NCBI GenBank assembly: GCA_018672475.1
Contig: JABHFS010000154.1
Coordinates: forward strand, 9,640 to 73,639
Length of the DNA: 64,000 bases
Direction: 5' to 3'
Source of the DNA: Gemmatimonadota bacterium
GTDB taxonomy: Bacteria; Latescibacterota; UBA2968; UBA8231
In this document: positions 18,197 through 27,616 of the stretch, piece after piece
Numbering within the stretch: the first letter of the stretch is position 1
Layout: each line of letters begins with the position of its first letter
Notes under the pieces: model-generated
The model's database searches: none
The model's input: only the letters and a program-made list of their open reading frames with translations
Told to the model about the DNA's origin: nothing
Program-made: the position numbers and the translations under genes

Positions 18197-20110
18197 ATGC
18201 CGTCTAAAAAAGTACTCTGCCATGGCGTGGAGGATATGGCGGAGCGGATACAGTTACGGGTGGGGGCGTTGTCGATGATTTTTGAACCGCAATTGGGCTT
18301 TTTGCGCTATATGACTTATGGGGGCAAGGAGATTTTGCGCGGGGTGTATGCGGCGGTGCGTGATCGCAACTGGGGTACGATCGAGCCGCGGGTGAGCATG
18401 GTGGAGTTGCAAGAAGAGGACGAGGGGTTTGTGCTTTCGTTTGATGTTGAGTGCATAAGTGGGGATGTGGATTTTTTCTGGCGGGGGAGAATCGTCGGTG
18501 AGCCGGGGCGGGTGGAGTTTTCGCTGGATGGGATTGCACGAAAGAGTTTTTCCCGTAATCGACTGGGTTTTTCCGTGTTGCATCCGGCAGAGTGCGCAGG
18601 GCTCGCGTGCCGGGTGGGAAAGGTGGACGGCACGGTAGAGGAGGGTGTGTTTCCGCTATTGATATCACCGCACCAGCCCTTTATGGACATGAAGAGCATC
18701 GCGCACGAGGTCGACGGAGTACGGAGCGAGATCACTTTCGCTGGGGATATCTTTGAGATGGAGGACCAGCGCAATTGGACCGATGCTTCGTATAAGACCT
18801 ATTGTACGCCGCTGGCATTGCCCTTTCCGGTCGATGTGGCAGAAGGCGAGGTGATCCAGCAGACGATTGTGATTGAGGTCGAGGGGACAACGGATATCGT
18901 TGATGAGGATCGGGGGTGCGTATTATTGGCGGTGGAGTCGATTGGCGGGGAGAACTTGATGCATATCGGCTTGGGTCTCGCTAGTGACGCGGGGGAGTTG
19001 AGCGAGGTCGAGTTGGCGCGATTACGCGCGTTGAATTTGTCGCATCTGCGTGTGGATTTGCACTTGGCCGAGCAGGGGTGGCAGACTGTGCTGGCCCGTG
19101 CATGGCGGGAAGCCGAGGCTTTGGCCATTGGGCTTGAAGTAGCGATTTTTGTCAGCGATGCGGCGGCGAGGCAACTGGCGGAGCTGGCCGGGGCATTGGA
19201 TGGGGTGGATATTTGTCGAATACTGGTTTTTCACGAAGATGAGAAATCCACGACGGCGGGGTGGGTGAACTTGGCGCGGGAGTATTTGAGCGGGTTGCAG
19301 GTGCCCATCGGCGCGGGCAGTAACGACTATTTTACCGAACTCAACCGCGAGCGGCCGCCGGTTGAGGTGTTGGATTTGGTCAGTTATTCGCTCAACCCGC
19401 AGGTGCACGCCTTTGATGACGTTTCACTGGCTGAAACGCTTATGATGCAGATGGTAGTAGCGCATAGCGCGCGACAGTTTTGCGGCGATTTGCCGCTTTG
19501 CGTGTCGCCTGTGACGCTATTACCGCGTTTTAACCCCAATGTCACCGGCGCGGAGCCCGAGCCGGGTCCAGGCGATTTACCGCCGCAAGTTGACGTGCGG
19601 CAGATGTCGCTTTTTGGCGCGGGGTGGACGGCGCTCAGCCTGAAGTATTTGGCTTTGCGGGGGGTGGCGAGCAGCACTTATTACGAGACGAGCGGTTGGC
19701 GCGGGGTAATGGAACGCGCGGAAGGCTCGGCGCTGCCGGAGGTTTTTCAGTCGATCGCCGGGGCCGTCTTTCCGCTCTACCACGTATTGGCCGATGTGGG
19801 CGAATATGCGGGTGGCAAGGTCTTTCCGGTGCATACTAGTGACCTGTTGCGGGTCGACGGAGTGGCGTTGGTCAAGGGCGAGCGGCGGCGGCTTTTGCTG
19901 GTCAATCTGACGGGGGAGACCGTGGCGGTACAGATCTCGGGTTGGACTGGGGCGGCGTATGTGGTGCAGCTCGACGAACGCAATGTCGAGCGGGCGATGA
20001 GCGAGCCCGAGGTGTTTCGCGCGGAGCAGGGGGTGCGGTATGTGCGAGTCGAGTCGCTTGATCTGTTGCCCTATGCGGTGACGCGTGTCGATTTGGAGGT
20101 GGATTCGTGA
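18197..20110 (+). CDS. conserved-looking protein of unknown function (637 aa)
   Basis: Long ORF with coding-like composition in the same orientation as the flanking operon. No family was recognised by eye; the central part has TIM-barrel-like alternation. Confidence 0.6.
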   Translation: MPSKKVLCHGVEDMAERIQLRVGALSMIFEPQLGFLRYMTYGGKEILRGVYAAVRDRNWGTIEPRVSMVELQEEDEGFVLSFDVECISGDVDFFWRGRIVGEPGRVEFSLDGIARKSFSRNRLGFSVLHPAECAGLACRVGKVDGTVEEGVFPLLISPHQPFMDMKSIAHEVDGVRSEITFAGDIFEMEDQRNWTDASYKTYCTPLALPFPVDVAEGEVIQQTIVIEVEGTTDIVDEDRGCVLLAVESIGGENLMHIGLGLASDAGELSEVELARLRALNLSHLRVDLHLAEQGWQTVLARAWREAEALAIGLEVAIFVSDAAARQLAELAGALDGVDICRILVFHEDEKSTTAGWVNLAREYLSGLQVPIGAGSNDYFTELNRERPPVEVLDLVSYSLNPQVHAFDDVSLAETLMMQMVVAHSARQFCGDLPLCVSPVTLLPRFNPNVTGAEPEPGPGDLPPQVDVRQMSLFGAGWTALSLKYLALRGVASSTYYETSGWRGVMERAEGSALPEVFQSIAGAVFPLYHVLADVGEYAGGKVFPVHTSDLLRVDGVALVKGERRRLLLVNLTGETVAVQISGWTGAAYVVQLDERNVERAMSEPEVFRAEQGVRYVRVESLDLLPYAVTRVDLEVDS

Positions 20111-20408
20111 GTGGTCTGAGAAGTGGGTTGGTCGGTTGCGCTGGGCGCCGATTATGAGTTGACGGTGGTGCGGGGAGCCCGAGGTGCACAAGCAGCGAGT
20201 ACCGCCGCTCGAGCGGGCTTGGAGCGAAGCGCCGGGCACGGCGATACAGAGATAGCGTGGTCGCTGACCCAACAGCATTGCGTCGACGCGTTGCGGGCGG
20301 GAGAGTCGCCCGAGACTTCTGCAGCCGATAACTTGCGCACGTTAGAATGGGTCTTCGGCGCCTATGTATCCGCGGCAACGGGTCTGCCTTATCGTATGGG
20401 AGAATCAA

Positions 20409-21662
20409 ATGGCGACTGAACGCGTCATAGCGACGTATCTGATCGAAACGCCGTATTCGCTACAAGAAGCGGCAGAGGTATTGGCCGGTGAGCAGTCGAG
20501 TGGGACTTTTGTTTCAGTGCCGGGGGAGACCGATGAATTGCGGGAAAGATTCCGGGCGAGATTGGAATCGCTGCAAGAATTAGAGCCGGTGGCCGAGCCG
20601 AGTTTGCCCGGGGGAAAAGTGCCGGAGGGTGTTGCCCAATATCGCCGGGCGCGGATTGAGGTTTCCTTTTCCCTGGAGAATATGGGGGTTAACTTGCCGA
20701 CGCTTGTCGCCACGGTGGCGGGCAATCTTTTTGAGCTGCGCGAGTTTTCCGGGCTCAAGTTATTGGATATAGAACTACCGCAGGATTTTGTTGCCCGCTA
20801 TCCGGGTCCACAATTCGGCATCGCGGGCACCAGGCAATTGGCCGGGGTGGAAGCACGACCGTTGATTGGTACTATCGTCAAACCGAGTGTGGGGCTGAGT
20901 CCGGCGCAGACGGCTGAGTTGGCCGGGGAGTTGGCCGGGGCGGGCATCGATTTTATTAAAGACGACGAATTGATGGCCGACCCGCCGCACTCTCCACTCA
21001 AAGAGCGGGTAGAGGCGGTGATGAAGGTCCTCAATAAGCACGCCGATAAGACGGGAAAGAAGGTGATGTATGCCTTTAATATCAGCGATTCGCTGGAGGC
21101 AATGTATCGCCACCACGATATCGTGCAGGCGGCGAGTGGCACCTGCGTGATGGTCAGTTTGAACAGTGTGGGGTTGGCGGGGGTCGAGGCTTTGCGTGGC
21201 CGGGCGAGTTTGCCGATCCACGGGCACCGTAATGGTTGGGGCATGTTGAACCGGCACCCGGCGTTGGGTATTGAGTTTACGGCCTATCAGAAGCTGTGGC
21301 GTCTGGCCGGTGTCGACCATCTGCACGTCAATGGTCTGCAGAACAAATTCTCCGAATCCGACGAGTCGGTAGTGCGTTCGATCAAGGCCTGTCTCGAACC
21401 CTTCTTGGGGGGGTATCATCTGATGCCGGTGATCTCCTCGGGACAATGGGGTGGCCAGGCGCCGGAGACCTATCAATTGACCAAGACGGTCGATCTGATG
21501 TATCTGGCCGGTGGCGGCATGATGGCGCACCCCGGGGGGCCGGCGGCGGGTTGTGCGGCGATCCGCCAGGCGTGGGCGGCGGCGGTTAAGGGGGTCGAAC
21601 TCGCCGACTATGCCCGCGAACACGAAGAGCTACGGCTCTCAATTGAGAAATTTGGAGGCTGA
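20409..21662 (+). CDS. RuBisCO-like protein (form IV RLP, RuBisCO large-subunit homolog)
   Basis: GTIVKPSVGLS (RuBisCO KPKLGLS), DFIKDDE (K201/D203/E204), IHGHRNGW (H294/R295), DHLHVNGLQNKF (K334 loop 6) and LAGGGMMAHPGG (C-terminal phosphate site). RBS gggaga 7 nt upstream. No rbcS, prk or cbb genes nearby. Confidence 0.85.
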   Translation: MATERVIATYLIETPYSLQEAAEVLAGEQSSGTFVSVPGETDELRERFRARLESLQELEPVAEPSLPGGKVPEGVAQYRRARIEVSFSLENMGVNLPTLVATVAGNLFELREFSGLKLLDIELPQDFVARYPGPQFGIAGTRQLAGVEARPLIGTIVKPSVGLSPAQTAELAGELAGAGIDFIKDDELMADPPHSPLKERVEAVMKVLNKHADKTGKKVMYAFNISDSLEAMYRHHDIVQAASGTCVMVSLNSVGLAGVEALRGRASLPIHGHRNGWGMLNRHPALGIEFTAYQKLWRLAGVDHLHVNGLQNKFSESDESVVRSIKACLEPFLGGYHLMPVISSGQWGGQAPETYQLTKTVDLMYLAGGGMMAHPGGPAAGCAAIRQAWAAAVKGVELADYAREHEELRLSIEKFGG

Positions 21663-22597
21663 TGAACTATCGCAAGGCAGTGCGCGCGGGGATCGAGTTG
21701 TCGCAGGTGGGTTTGGGCTGTAACCGTTTGGGAGAAGAAGGCAAGGACGATCGGCATTGGATCGATTTGGTACAACGCGCAGTCGAATTGCGGATTAATA
21801 TTTTTGATACGGCGCAAGGGTATGGCGGCGGTCGCAGCGAGCAGATCTTGGGCCAGGCCCTGGGCAATCGCGACGACGTGTATGTGGCGAGCAAGATCGG
21901 CCATAGCGAGGGGGGCTTTACGCCGGAAGAAATGGCGCGGAAAATCGAGATGAGCCTGACCCGGCTCCAACGGGATCGTGTCGATATACTGCAATTGCAC
22001 AGCCCGAGCCGCGAGGAACTCGAGCGTTATGATTGGGCCGAGGGCATGCAGCGGTTGCAGGATGCGGGCAAGGTCGGTTTTAAGGCGATGGCGTTGGATT
22101 CAGTCGAGTCGGCGGTGTGGCTGATCCGGCAGGATGTCGTCGATTTTATGCAGATCACCTATAACATTTTTGATATCGAGGCCGAGCACGAGCTCTTTGC
22201 CTTGGCCGAAGAAAAGGGAGTGGCGTTGCTGTGTCGTTTGCCGCTCGCGCAGGGAGTGCTGACGGGTAAATTTTCGCCCGGGCGGGATATGGGCGATCAT
22301 CGCGCGCGCTTTTCGGGGCCGCGGTTGGCCGCCAGGGTTGAAATGGCCGAGACGCTCAGACCATTGGCTGAGGCCTATCCCGGCGGGATGACGCGGTTGG
22401 CACACGATTTCAGCTTAGGGCCTGTCGCGACGACCTGTATTATCCCCGGCGCGCGGGATGTGGTGCAATTGGAGGAGAATACGGCGGCGGGCGAGGGCAC
22501 GGGTGTCGATGCGGCCACACGGGCCGAGGTCGAGCAATTGCGCCGGACTTGGGGTGAGTGGGCGGGCGGGTATTGGTTCCCGCAACAGCCGGCGTAA
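21662..22597 (+). CDS. aldo/keto reductase
   Basis: AKR signature (IFDTAQGYGGGRSEQILGQAL) and the start overlaps the RLP stop codon. Confidence 0.85.
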   Translation: MNYRKAVRAGIELSQVGLGCNRLGEEGKDDRHWIDLVQRAVELRINIFDTAQGYGGGRSEQILGQALGNRDDVYVASKIGHSEGGFTPEEMARKIEMSLTRLQRDRVDILQLHSPSREELERYDWAEGMQRLQDAGKVGFKAMALDSVESAVWLIRQDVVDFMQITYNIFDIEAEHELFALAEEKGVALLCRLPLAQGVLTGKFSPGRDMGDHRARFSGPRLAARVEMAETLRPLAEAYPGGMTRLAHDFSLGPVATTCIIPGARDVVQLEENTAAGEGTGVDAATRAEVEQLRRTWGEWAGGYWFPQQPA

Positions 22598-23964
22598 TGG
22601 ATCTGCGGCTCGGTTTTTACGGTGATGATTTTACCGGCTCGACCGATGCGTTGGAGGCGCTAAGCACGGCGGGTTTGCGCACGGTGCTTTTTATTGAGCC
22701 GCCGACTGCGGAACAGTTGGCGCGTTTTCCGGGTTTAGAGGCGGTAGGAGTAGCGGGGCGCACGCGTTCGTTGGCGACGGGGGATATTTCGGCTGAACTC
22801 AGGCCGGTTTTTGCGCGTTTCGCCGAGTTGGGCTGTCCGCTGGTTCACTACAAAACCTGTTCGACCTTTGATTCTTCGCCCGAGGTAGGCAGTATCGGGC
22901 GGGCTATTGATGTGGGGCAGGAGATTTTTGCCTCGCCATTTGTGCCACTGGTCGTGGGCGCACCGGTGTTGCAGCGCTTTTGTGTCTTCGGCAATCTCTT
23001 TGCGCGCTCGGGGCTCGATAGCGAGATCTTTCGCCTGGACCGGCACCCGACGATGCGCCAGCATCCGGTTACGCCGATGCACGAAGCGGATCTGCGCTTG
23101 CACCTTGGGCGGCAGACCGAGCGGCAGATCGGGCTTTTTGATGTGCAGGCGCTTGCTTTATCGCAACGCGAAAGGGAGGTGGCACTCGACGCTCTATTGG
23201 CCGAAGGCGCGGAGATCGTGCTATTCGATGTATTGACCGATGAGCACTTGCAGCGCATTGGTCAATTGCTTTCCACGCGGGCGGAGCCCGGTAAGACCTT
23301 ATTCGTCGCCGGGTCGTCGGGGATCGAATATGCGTTGTGCCAATATTGGGGGGTGGGTAATTCGCAACTCCCGGCCGGCGGCGCAGCGGTGGATCATGCG
23401 CTGGTGGTGTCGGGCAGTTGTTCGCCGGTGACCGAGCGACAGATCGCGCGGGCGCTGACCAAGGGCTTTGCCGGTGTAGCGGCCGATACGGCACTTTTGG
23501 TCCAAGGCGGACCGGTAGCGGAGGCCGAGACGGCGCGCTTGGTGGTGGAGAGTTTAAAGGCGCTCGAAGCGGGAAAAAGTCCCTTGGTGCATACGGCTCT
23601 GGGGCCTGCAGACGAACGAATCGGTGCGACGGCGGCGAAACTTCAGGCGATGGGCTATGATCTCTTAGATCTCAAGTTGAAAAGCGGCGAGATCTTCGGT
23701 CGGGTGCTTGGCAATATAGTGCAGACGATTTTTGCGGGCACGGGGCTTCGTCGCGCGTGTGTAGCCGGCGGTGACACTTCGACCTATGCGGCGCGGCAAT
23801 TGCGCATCGAAGCTCTGGAGATGGTCGGGCCGATGGCGCCGGGCTCGCCGCTGTGTCGGGTTTCCGCAGCGAACGGAGTAATCGACGGAGCTGAAATCAC
23901 GTTTAAAGGTGGCCAGGTGGGGCGCGACGACTTTTTTACTTCTGTATTGAAAGGAAAACCATGA
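22597..23964 (+). CDS. four-carbon acid-sugar kinase family protein (DUF1537 N-domain + DUF2090 C-domain; OtnK/OiaK-like)
   Basis: N-terminal LGFYGDDFTGSTDALEAL motif typical of DUF1537 kinases. The start is coupled to the AKR stop by a taATGg overlap. Confidence 0.8.
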   Translation: MDLRLGFYGDDFTGSTDALEALSTAGLRTVLFIEPPTAEQLARFPGLEAVGVAGRTRSLATGDISAELRPVFARFAELGCPLVHYKTCSTFDSSPEVGSIGRAIDVGQEIFASPFVPLVVGAPVLQRFCVFGNLFARSGLDSEIFRLDRHPTMRQHPVTPMHEADLRLHLGRQTERQIGLFDVQALALSQREREVALDALLAEGAEIVLFDVLTDEHLQRIGQLLSTRAEPGKTLFVAGSSGIEYALCQYWGVGNSQLPAGGAAVDHALVVSGSCSPVTERQIARALTKGFAGVAADTALLVQGGPVAEAETARLVVESLKALEAGKSPLVHTALGPADERIGATAAKLQAMGYDLLDLKLKSGEIFGRVLGNIVQTIFAGTGLRRACVAGGDTSTYAARQLRIEALEMVGPMAPGSPLCRVSAANGVIDGAEITFKGGQVGRDDFFTSVLKGKP

Positions 23965-24803
23965 CAGATAAAACAACGGTAGCTATTTTCGGCGCGGCCG
24001 GCAGTATGGGGACGCGTTCTTCGAATGCGCTCAAAAACGATTTGGTCTATGATGTGCTCTATGTGGAGGCTGGCAAGGAGGGAATGGCTCGGTTGCGCGA
24101 GCGGGGTGTGGAGCCGACAGAGCAGGCGGTGGCGCTCAAACAGGCTGAAGTGATCGTGCTGGCGGTGCCCGACGCGCTGATCGCTACTGTCGCTGCCGAG
24201 ATTGTGCCCGAGATGCAGAGCGGGGCGATGCTGATTGGGCTTGATCCGGCTGCACCACATGCTGGGCGTCTGCCCGAGCGCCAGGACGTGAGCTATTTCT
24301 TTTCACACCCTTCGCACCCGCCGATCTTCAACGACGAGACGGAAGCCGAGGCGCGCAGGGATTTTTTTGGCGGTGTGGCGAAGCAGTCGATCGTCAGCGC
24401 CCTATTGCAGGGGCCGGAAGAAGATTATGCCAAGGGCGAGGTGATCGCCAGCAAGCTCTTCGGGCCGATCCTGCGTTCGCACCGGATCAGCATCGAGCAG
24501 ATGGCGATCTTGGAGCCAGCGCTTTCCGAGACGGTGACGGCGACCTGTTTGACGGTGATCCGCGAGGCGCTGGACGAGGCGGTCAAGAGGGGTGTGCCGG
24601 CCGAGGCGGCGCGGGATTTCCTTTTGGGCCACCTCAACGTCGAGCTGGCGATTCTCTTCGACGAGATCGACTGGGAGTTGTCGGACGGGGCGAAGGAGGC
24701 GGTCGCCGACGCGATGCCGGTTATTTTCCAGCCGGATTGGAAGAAGGTCTTTGATGCCGAGCAGCTACTGGTGTCTACACGCAAGATCACTGAGATCAAA
24801 TAG
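23961..24803 (+). CDS. NAD(P)-binding dehydrogenase (6-phosphogluconate/3-hydroxyisobutyrate dehydrogenase-like Rossmann fold)
   Basis: VAIFGAAGSMG glycine-rich motif followed by AEVIVLAVPD. ATGA overlap with the kinase gene. The C-terminal half is divergent. Confidence 0.55.
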   Translation: MTDKTTVAIFGAAGSMGTRSSNALKNDLVYDVLYVEAGKEGMARLRERGVEPTEQAVALKQAEVIVLAVPDALIATVAAEIVPEMQSGAMLIGLDPAAPHAGRLPERQDVSYFFSHPSHPPIFNDETEAEARRDFFGGVAKQSIVSALLQGPEEDYAKGEVIASKLFGPILRSHRISIEQMAILEPALSETVTATCLTVIREALDEAVKRGVPAEAARDFLLGHLNVELAILFDEIDWELSDGAKEAVADAMPVIFQPDWKKVFDAEQLLVSTRKITEIK

Positions 24804-24811
24804 GCGAGGTT

Positions 24812-25909
24812 ATGAAAGAGACGATATTGCAGTTCGGTGGTGGCAAGTTCCTGCGCTCCTTTGCTGATTTCTTCGTGCACGAGGCCAACCAAGCCGGGCA
24901 GGAGGTCGGACAGGTCGTGGTGGTGCAATCGACCGATAGTCCACGCGCGCAGTGGCTCAACGCGCAGCAGGGGAAATACCAGGTTTTGGTGCGTGGGTTG
25001 GTGGAAGGCGGACAGGTCGATGAGGCGCGGGAGATCGCTAGTATCAGCCGGGCGTTGGTCGCGAGCCAGCAATGGCCCGAAGTGCTGCAGGTGGCGAGAT
25101 CGGCCGATTTGCGGTGGATCGTCTCGAATGTGACTGAGGCGGGTTATGGTCTCGATGCGGGAGATGTGATCGAGGCGCCGCGTAGCTTTCCTGCCAAGCT
25201 AACGGCGGTGCTCAAGGCGCGTTTTGACGCGGATTTGCCGGGGTTGCCGATTTTGCCCTGCGAATTGATTGCGGAGAATGGCGAGCGATTATTGGAATTA
25301 GTGTTGCAACAGGTGGCGCATTGGAAACTAGAAGATAAATTCGTCGATTGGCTGGGTGGCCAATGTATCTGGCCGAACGCGTTGGTCGACCGCATTGTCA
25401 GCTCGCCGCCCGACGATCATCCGCTGCTGGCGGCGGATCCGTTGCTGGCAGTGGCTGAGCCCTTTGCGCTGTGGGCGATTGAGGAATTCGAAGGTGTAGA
25501 CCTCTTTGAGCATCCGGCGATAAAACTCGTCGACGATGTAGAACCCTATGCGCTGCGCAAGGTGCGGATTTTGAATGGCGCGCATCAGGCATTGGTCTGC
25601 CGCGCGTTAAATCGCTTCGCGACGGTGCGCGAGGCGCTGGCCGACGCGGAGACCGAGGCTTGGTTGCAACAGTTGCTGGCCGCAGAGATCGTGCCGGTGG
25701 TTGATGCGCGTGTCGAGGGGGCTTCGGCTTTTGCCCAGGAAACGATGCAGCGTTTCGCCAATCCTTTCCTCGACCACAAGCTGAGCGATATCGCCGTCTA
25801 TCACGAGCAGAAGATCGAGACGCGGTTGATGCCGACTTATCGCGAATACAAGCAGCACTTTGGTCAAGAGCCGGTGTTACTGAGCGAGATTCTCAAGCCC
25901 TTTTTGTAG
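24812..25909 (+). CDS. mannitol dehydrogenase family oxidoreductase (altronate/tagaturonate reductase UxaB-like), shorter than UxaB
   Basis: Blocks align with E. coli UxaB: ILQFGGGKFLRSF, RWIVSNVTEAG, ILPCELIAENGERLLELVL, NALVDRIV, KVRILNGAHQALV. Confidence 0.75.
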   Translation: MKETILQFGGGKFLRSFADFFVHEANQAGQEVGQVVVVQSTDSPRAQWLNAQQGKYQVLVRGLVEGGQVDEAREIASISRALVASQQWPEVLQVARSADLRWIVSNVTEAGYGLDAGDVIEAPRSFPAKLTAVLKARFDADLPGLPILPCELIAENGERLLELVLQQVAHWKLEDKFVDWLGGQCIWPNALVDRIVSSPPDDHPLLAADPLLAVAEPFALWAIEEFEGVDLFEHPAIKLVDDVEPYALRKVRILNGAHQALVCRALNRFATVREALADAETEAWLQQLLAAEIVPVVDARVEGASAFAQETMQRFANPFLDHKLSDIAVYHEQKIETRLMPTYREYKQHFGQEPVLLSEILKPFL

Positions 25910-26075
25910 TATTTTCCCGTAGAGCCGAACGGAAAGCGCTAAGAATTTTTTTCCAATATCTGCGGATAAGTGGGGGCGGTGGGCTGTGTCGATCCCCTCC
26001 GCTCAGCCAGCTTTTGGGATGAGGGAGGGGAGGCCGAGCGGTAGTACGCGCAAACAGCGGAATCTTAAACGCTTC

Positions 26076-26378
26076 TTAGGCTTCGGTGTATGGCTTGTAA
26101 TCGATTTCTATAAAGTCGGCGACCTCGGGGATCCAGCGGGTTTCGACGAACTGCACGTGTAGCGGATGTGCGTTGTAGGTTTGATAGTCTTCCTCTGAAG
26201 CGAATTCCATCGACAGGCCAAAGTCGTAATTGTTCTTTTTGCTGGTCTGACGCAGAGCCTCGAAGTTTTTTACCACCGGAATATCTGTGGCCAGTTTTTG
26301 CGCTGAGCGAAGGAAGTCGAGCTCGGCCTCGGATCCTGCGGCGTGTTTGAGTTTGAAGACTACGGTGTGGCGAATCAT
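26076..26378 (-). CDS. Dabb (stress-responsive dimeric alpha/beta-barrel) domain protein
   Basis: 100 aa: MIRHTVVFKLK...NAHPLHVQFVE, the typical Dabb pattern. Confidence 0.7.
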   Translation of the reverse strand: MIRHTVVFKLKHAAGSEAELDFLRSAQKLATDIPVVKNFEALRQTSKKNNYDFGLSMEFASEEDYQTYNAHPLHVQFVETRWIPEVADFIEIDYKPYTEA

Positions 26379-26447
26379 CTATTCCCTTTTGGTTGTCGTG
26401 GACGCGGTTAAAAAGAAGGTGTGGGCCACGCGATAGGTGAGGATCCT

Positions 26448-27575
26448 TTAGACGACCTGTTCTAAGACCTCGGTGAAATTGGCGACTGTGCGCTCGACGT
26501 TTTGCAGTTTGTCGAGGCCGAAGAGCCCGAGACGAAAGGTCTGGAAACCTTCGGGCTCGTCGCACTGCAGCGGCACGCCGGCGGCGATCTGCAGGCCGTT
26601 GGCGGCAAATTTCTTGCCCGTTTGTATCTCGCCGTCTTCGGTATAACAGACGACGACGCCCGGGGCCTGAAAACCTTCGGCAGCGACGCTCTTGACGCCT
26701 TTGTCGGTGAGCGCTGCGCGGATCTTATCCCCGAGCTCTTGCTGTTGTTGGCGTACGGTGTCGAAGCCTATGGCTTCGATTTCGCCCATCACCTTGTGAA
26801 AGGTGGCCAATGCGTCGGTGGGCATGGTCGCGTGGTAGGCGTGGCCGCCATTCTCGTAGGCCTCCATGATCGATAGCCATTTACCGAGGTCACAGGCGAA
26901 GCTGCTGCTGGTGGTGCTGTTAATTTTTTCGCGCGCGGCGGCATTGAGCATGACTAGCCCGCAACAGGGCGAGCCGCTCCAGCCCTTTTGCGGCGCGCTG
27001 ATCAAGATGTCGACGCCGGAAGCTTCCATGTCGACCCATAGCGCGCCCGAGGCGATGCAGTCGAGCACGAACAAACCACCCGCAGCGTGCACGGCGTCAG
27101 CTACCTGGCGGATATAGTCGTCGGGCAGGATGATGCCAGCGGAGGTTTCGACGTGCGGGGCGAAGACCATATCCGGCTTTTCGCTTTGGATCGTCTGCAC
27201 AACCTCCTCGATGGGGGCGGGGGCGAAGGCCGCCTGCGGGCCGTCTTCTACGGGACGGGCTTTCAAGACGGTGGTGCTCGCGGGAATGTTGCCCATATCG
27301 AGGATCTGGCTCCAGCGGAAACTGAAAAAACCATTGCGGATGACCAGGCATTTTTTATCGTTGGCGAACTGGCGGGCGACCGCTTCCATGCCGTAGGTGC
27401 CGCTGCCGGGCACGATGGCGACGGCTTTGGCGTTGTAGACCTTTTTGAGGGTGGCGGAAATATCCCGCATCGACCCTTGGAACGATTGCGACATATGGTT
27501 GAGCGCGCGGTCGGTGAAGACCACGGAGTATTCTAACAGTCCATCGGGGTCGACGTCGGGTAATAAGCCTGGCAT
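26448..27575 (-). CDS. class V aminotransferase (serine-pyruvate / alanine-glyoxylate aminotransferase family)
   Basis: PLP fold-type I with a QK lysine motif (ILISAPQKGWSGSPCCGLV), as in SGAT/AGXT enzymes. Confidence 0.85.
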   Translation of the reverse strand: MPGLLPDVDPDGLLEYSVVFTDRALNHMSQSFQGSMRDISATLKKVYNAKAVAIVPGSGTYGMEAVARQFANDKKCLVIRNGFFSFRWSQILDMGNIPASTTVLKARPVEDGPQAAFAPAPIEEVVQTIQSEKPDMVFAPHVETSAGIILPDDYIRQVADAVHAAGGLFVLDCIASGALWVDMEASGVDILISAPQKGWSGSPCCGLVMLNAAAREKINSTTSSSFACDLGKWLSIMEAYENGGHAYHATMPTDALATFHKVMGEIEAIGFDTVRQQQQELGDKIRAALTDKGVKSVAAEGFQAPGVVVCYTEDGEIQTGKKFAANGLQIAAGVPLQCDEPEGFQTFRLGLFGLDKLQNVERTVANFTEVLEQVV

Positions 27576-27616
27576 GTTAGCCTCTTTCTAATAGTTGTAT
27601 TGGTATGATAAGCATA

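Noticed and set aside
20123-20419. 98-aa ORF in the 300-bp gap upstream of the RLP gene
   Set aside because: Ala/Gly-rich low-complexity translation that overlaps the RLP start. It is more plausibly promoter/operator DNA for the RLP operon.
25990-26050. GC-rich cccctcc...ggagggg segments between the convergent UxaB-like and Dabb genes as a bidirectional terminator
   Set aside because: The arms are not true reverse complements in register and no clean hairpin forms.
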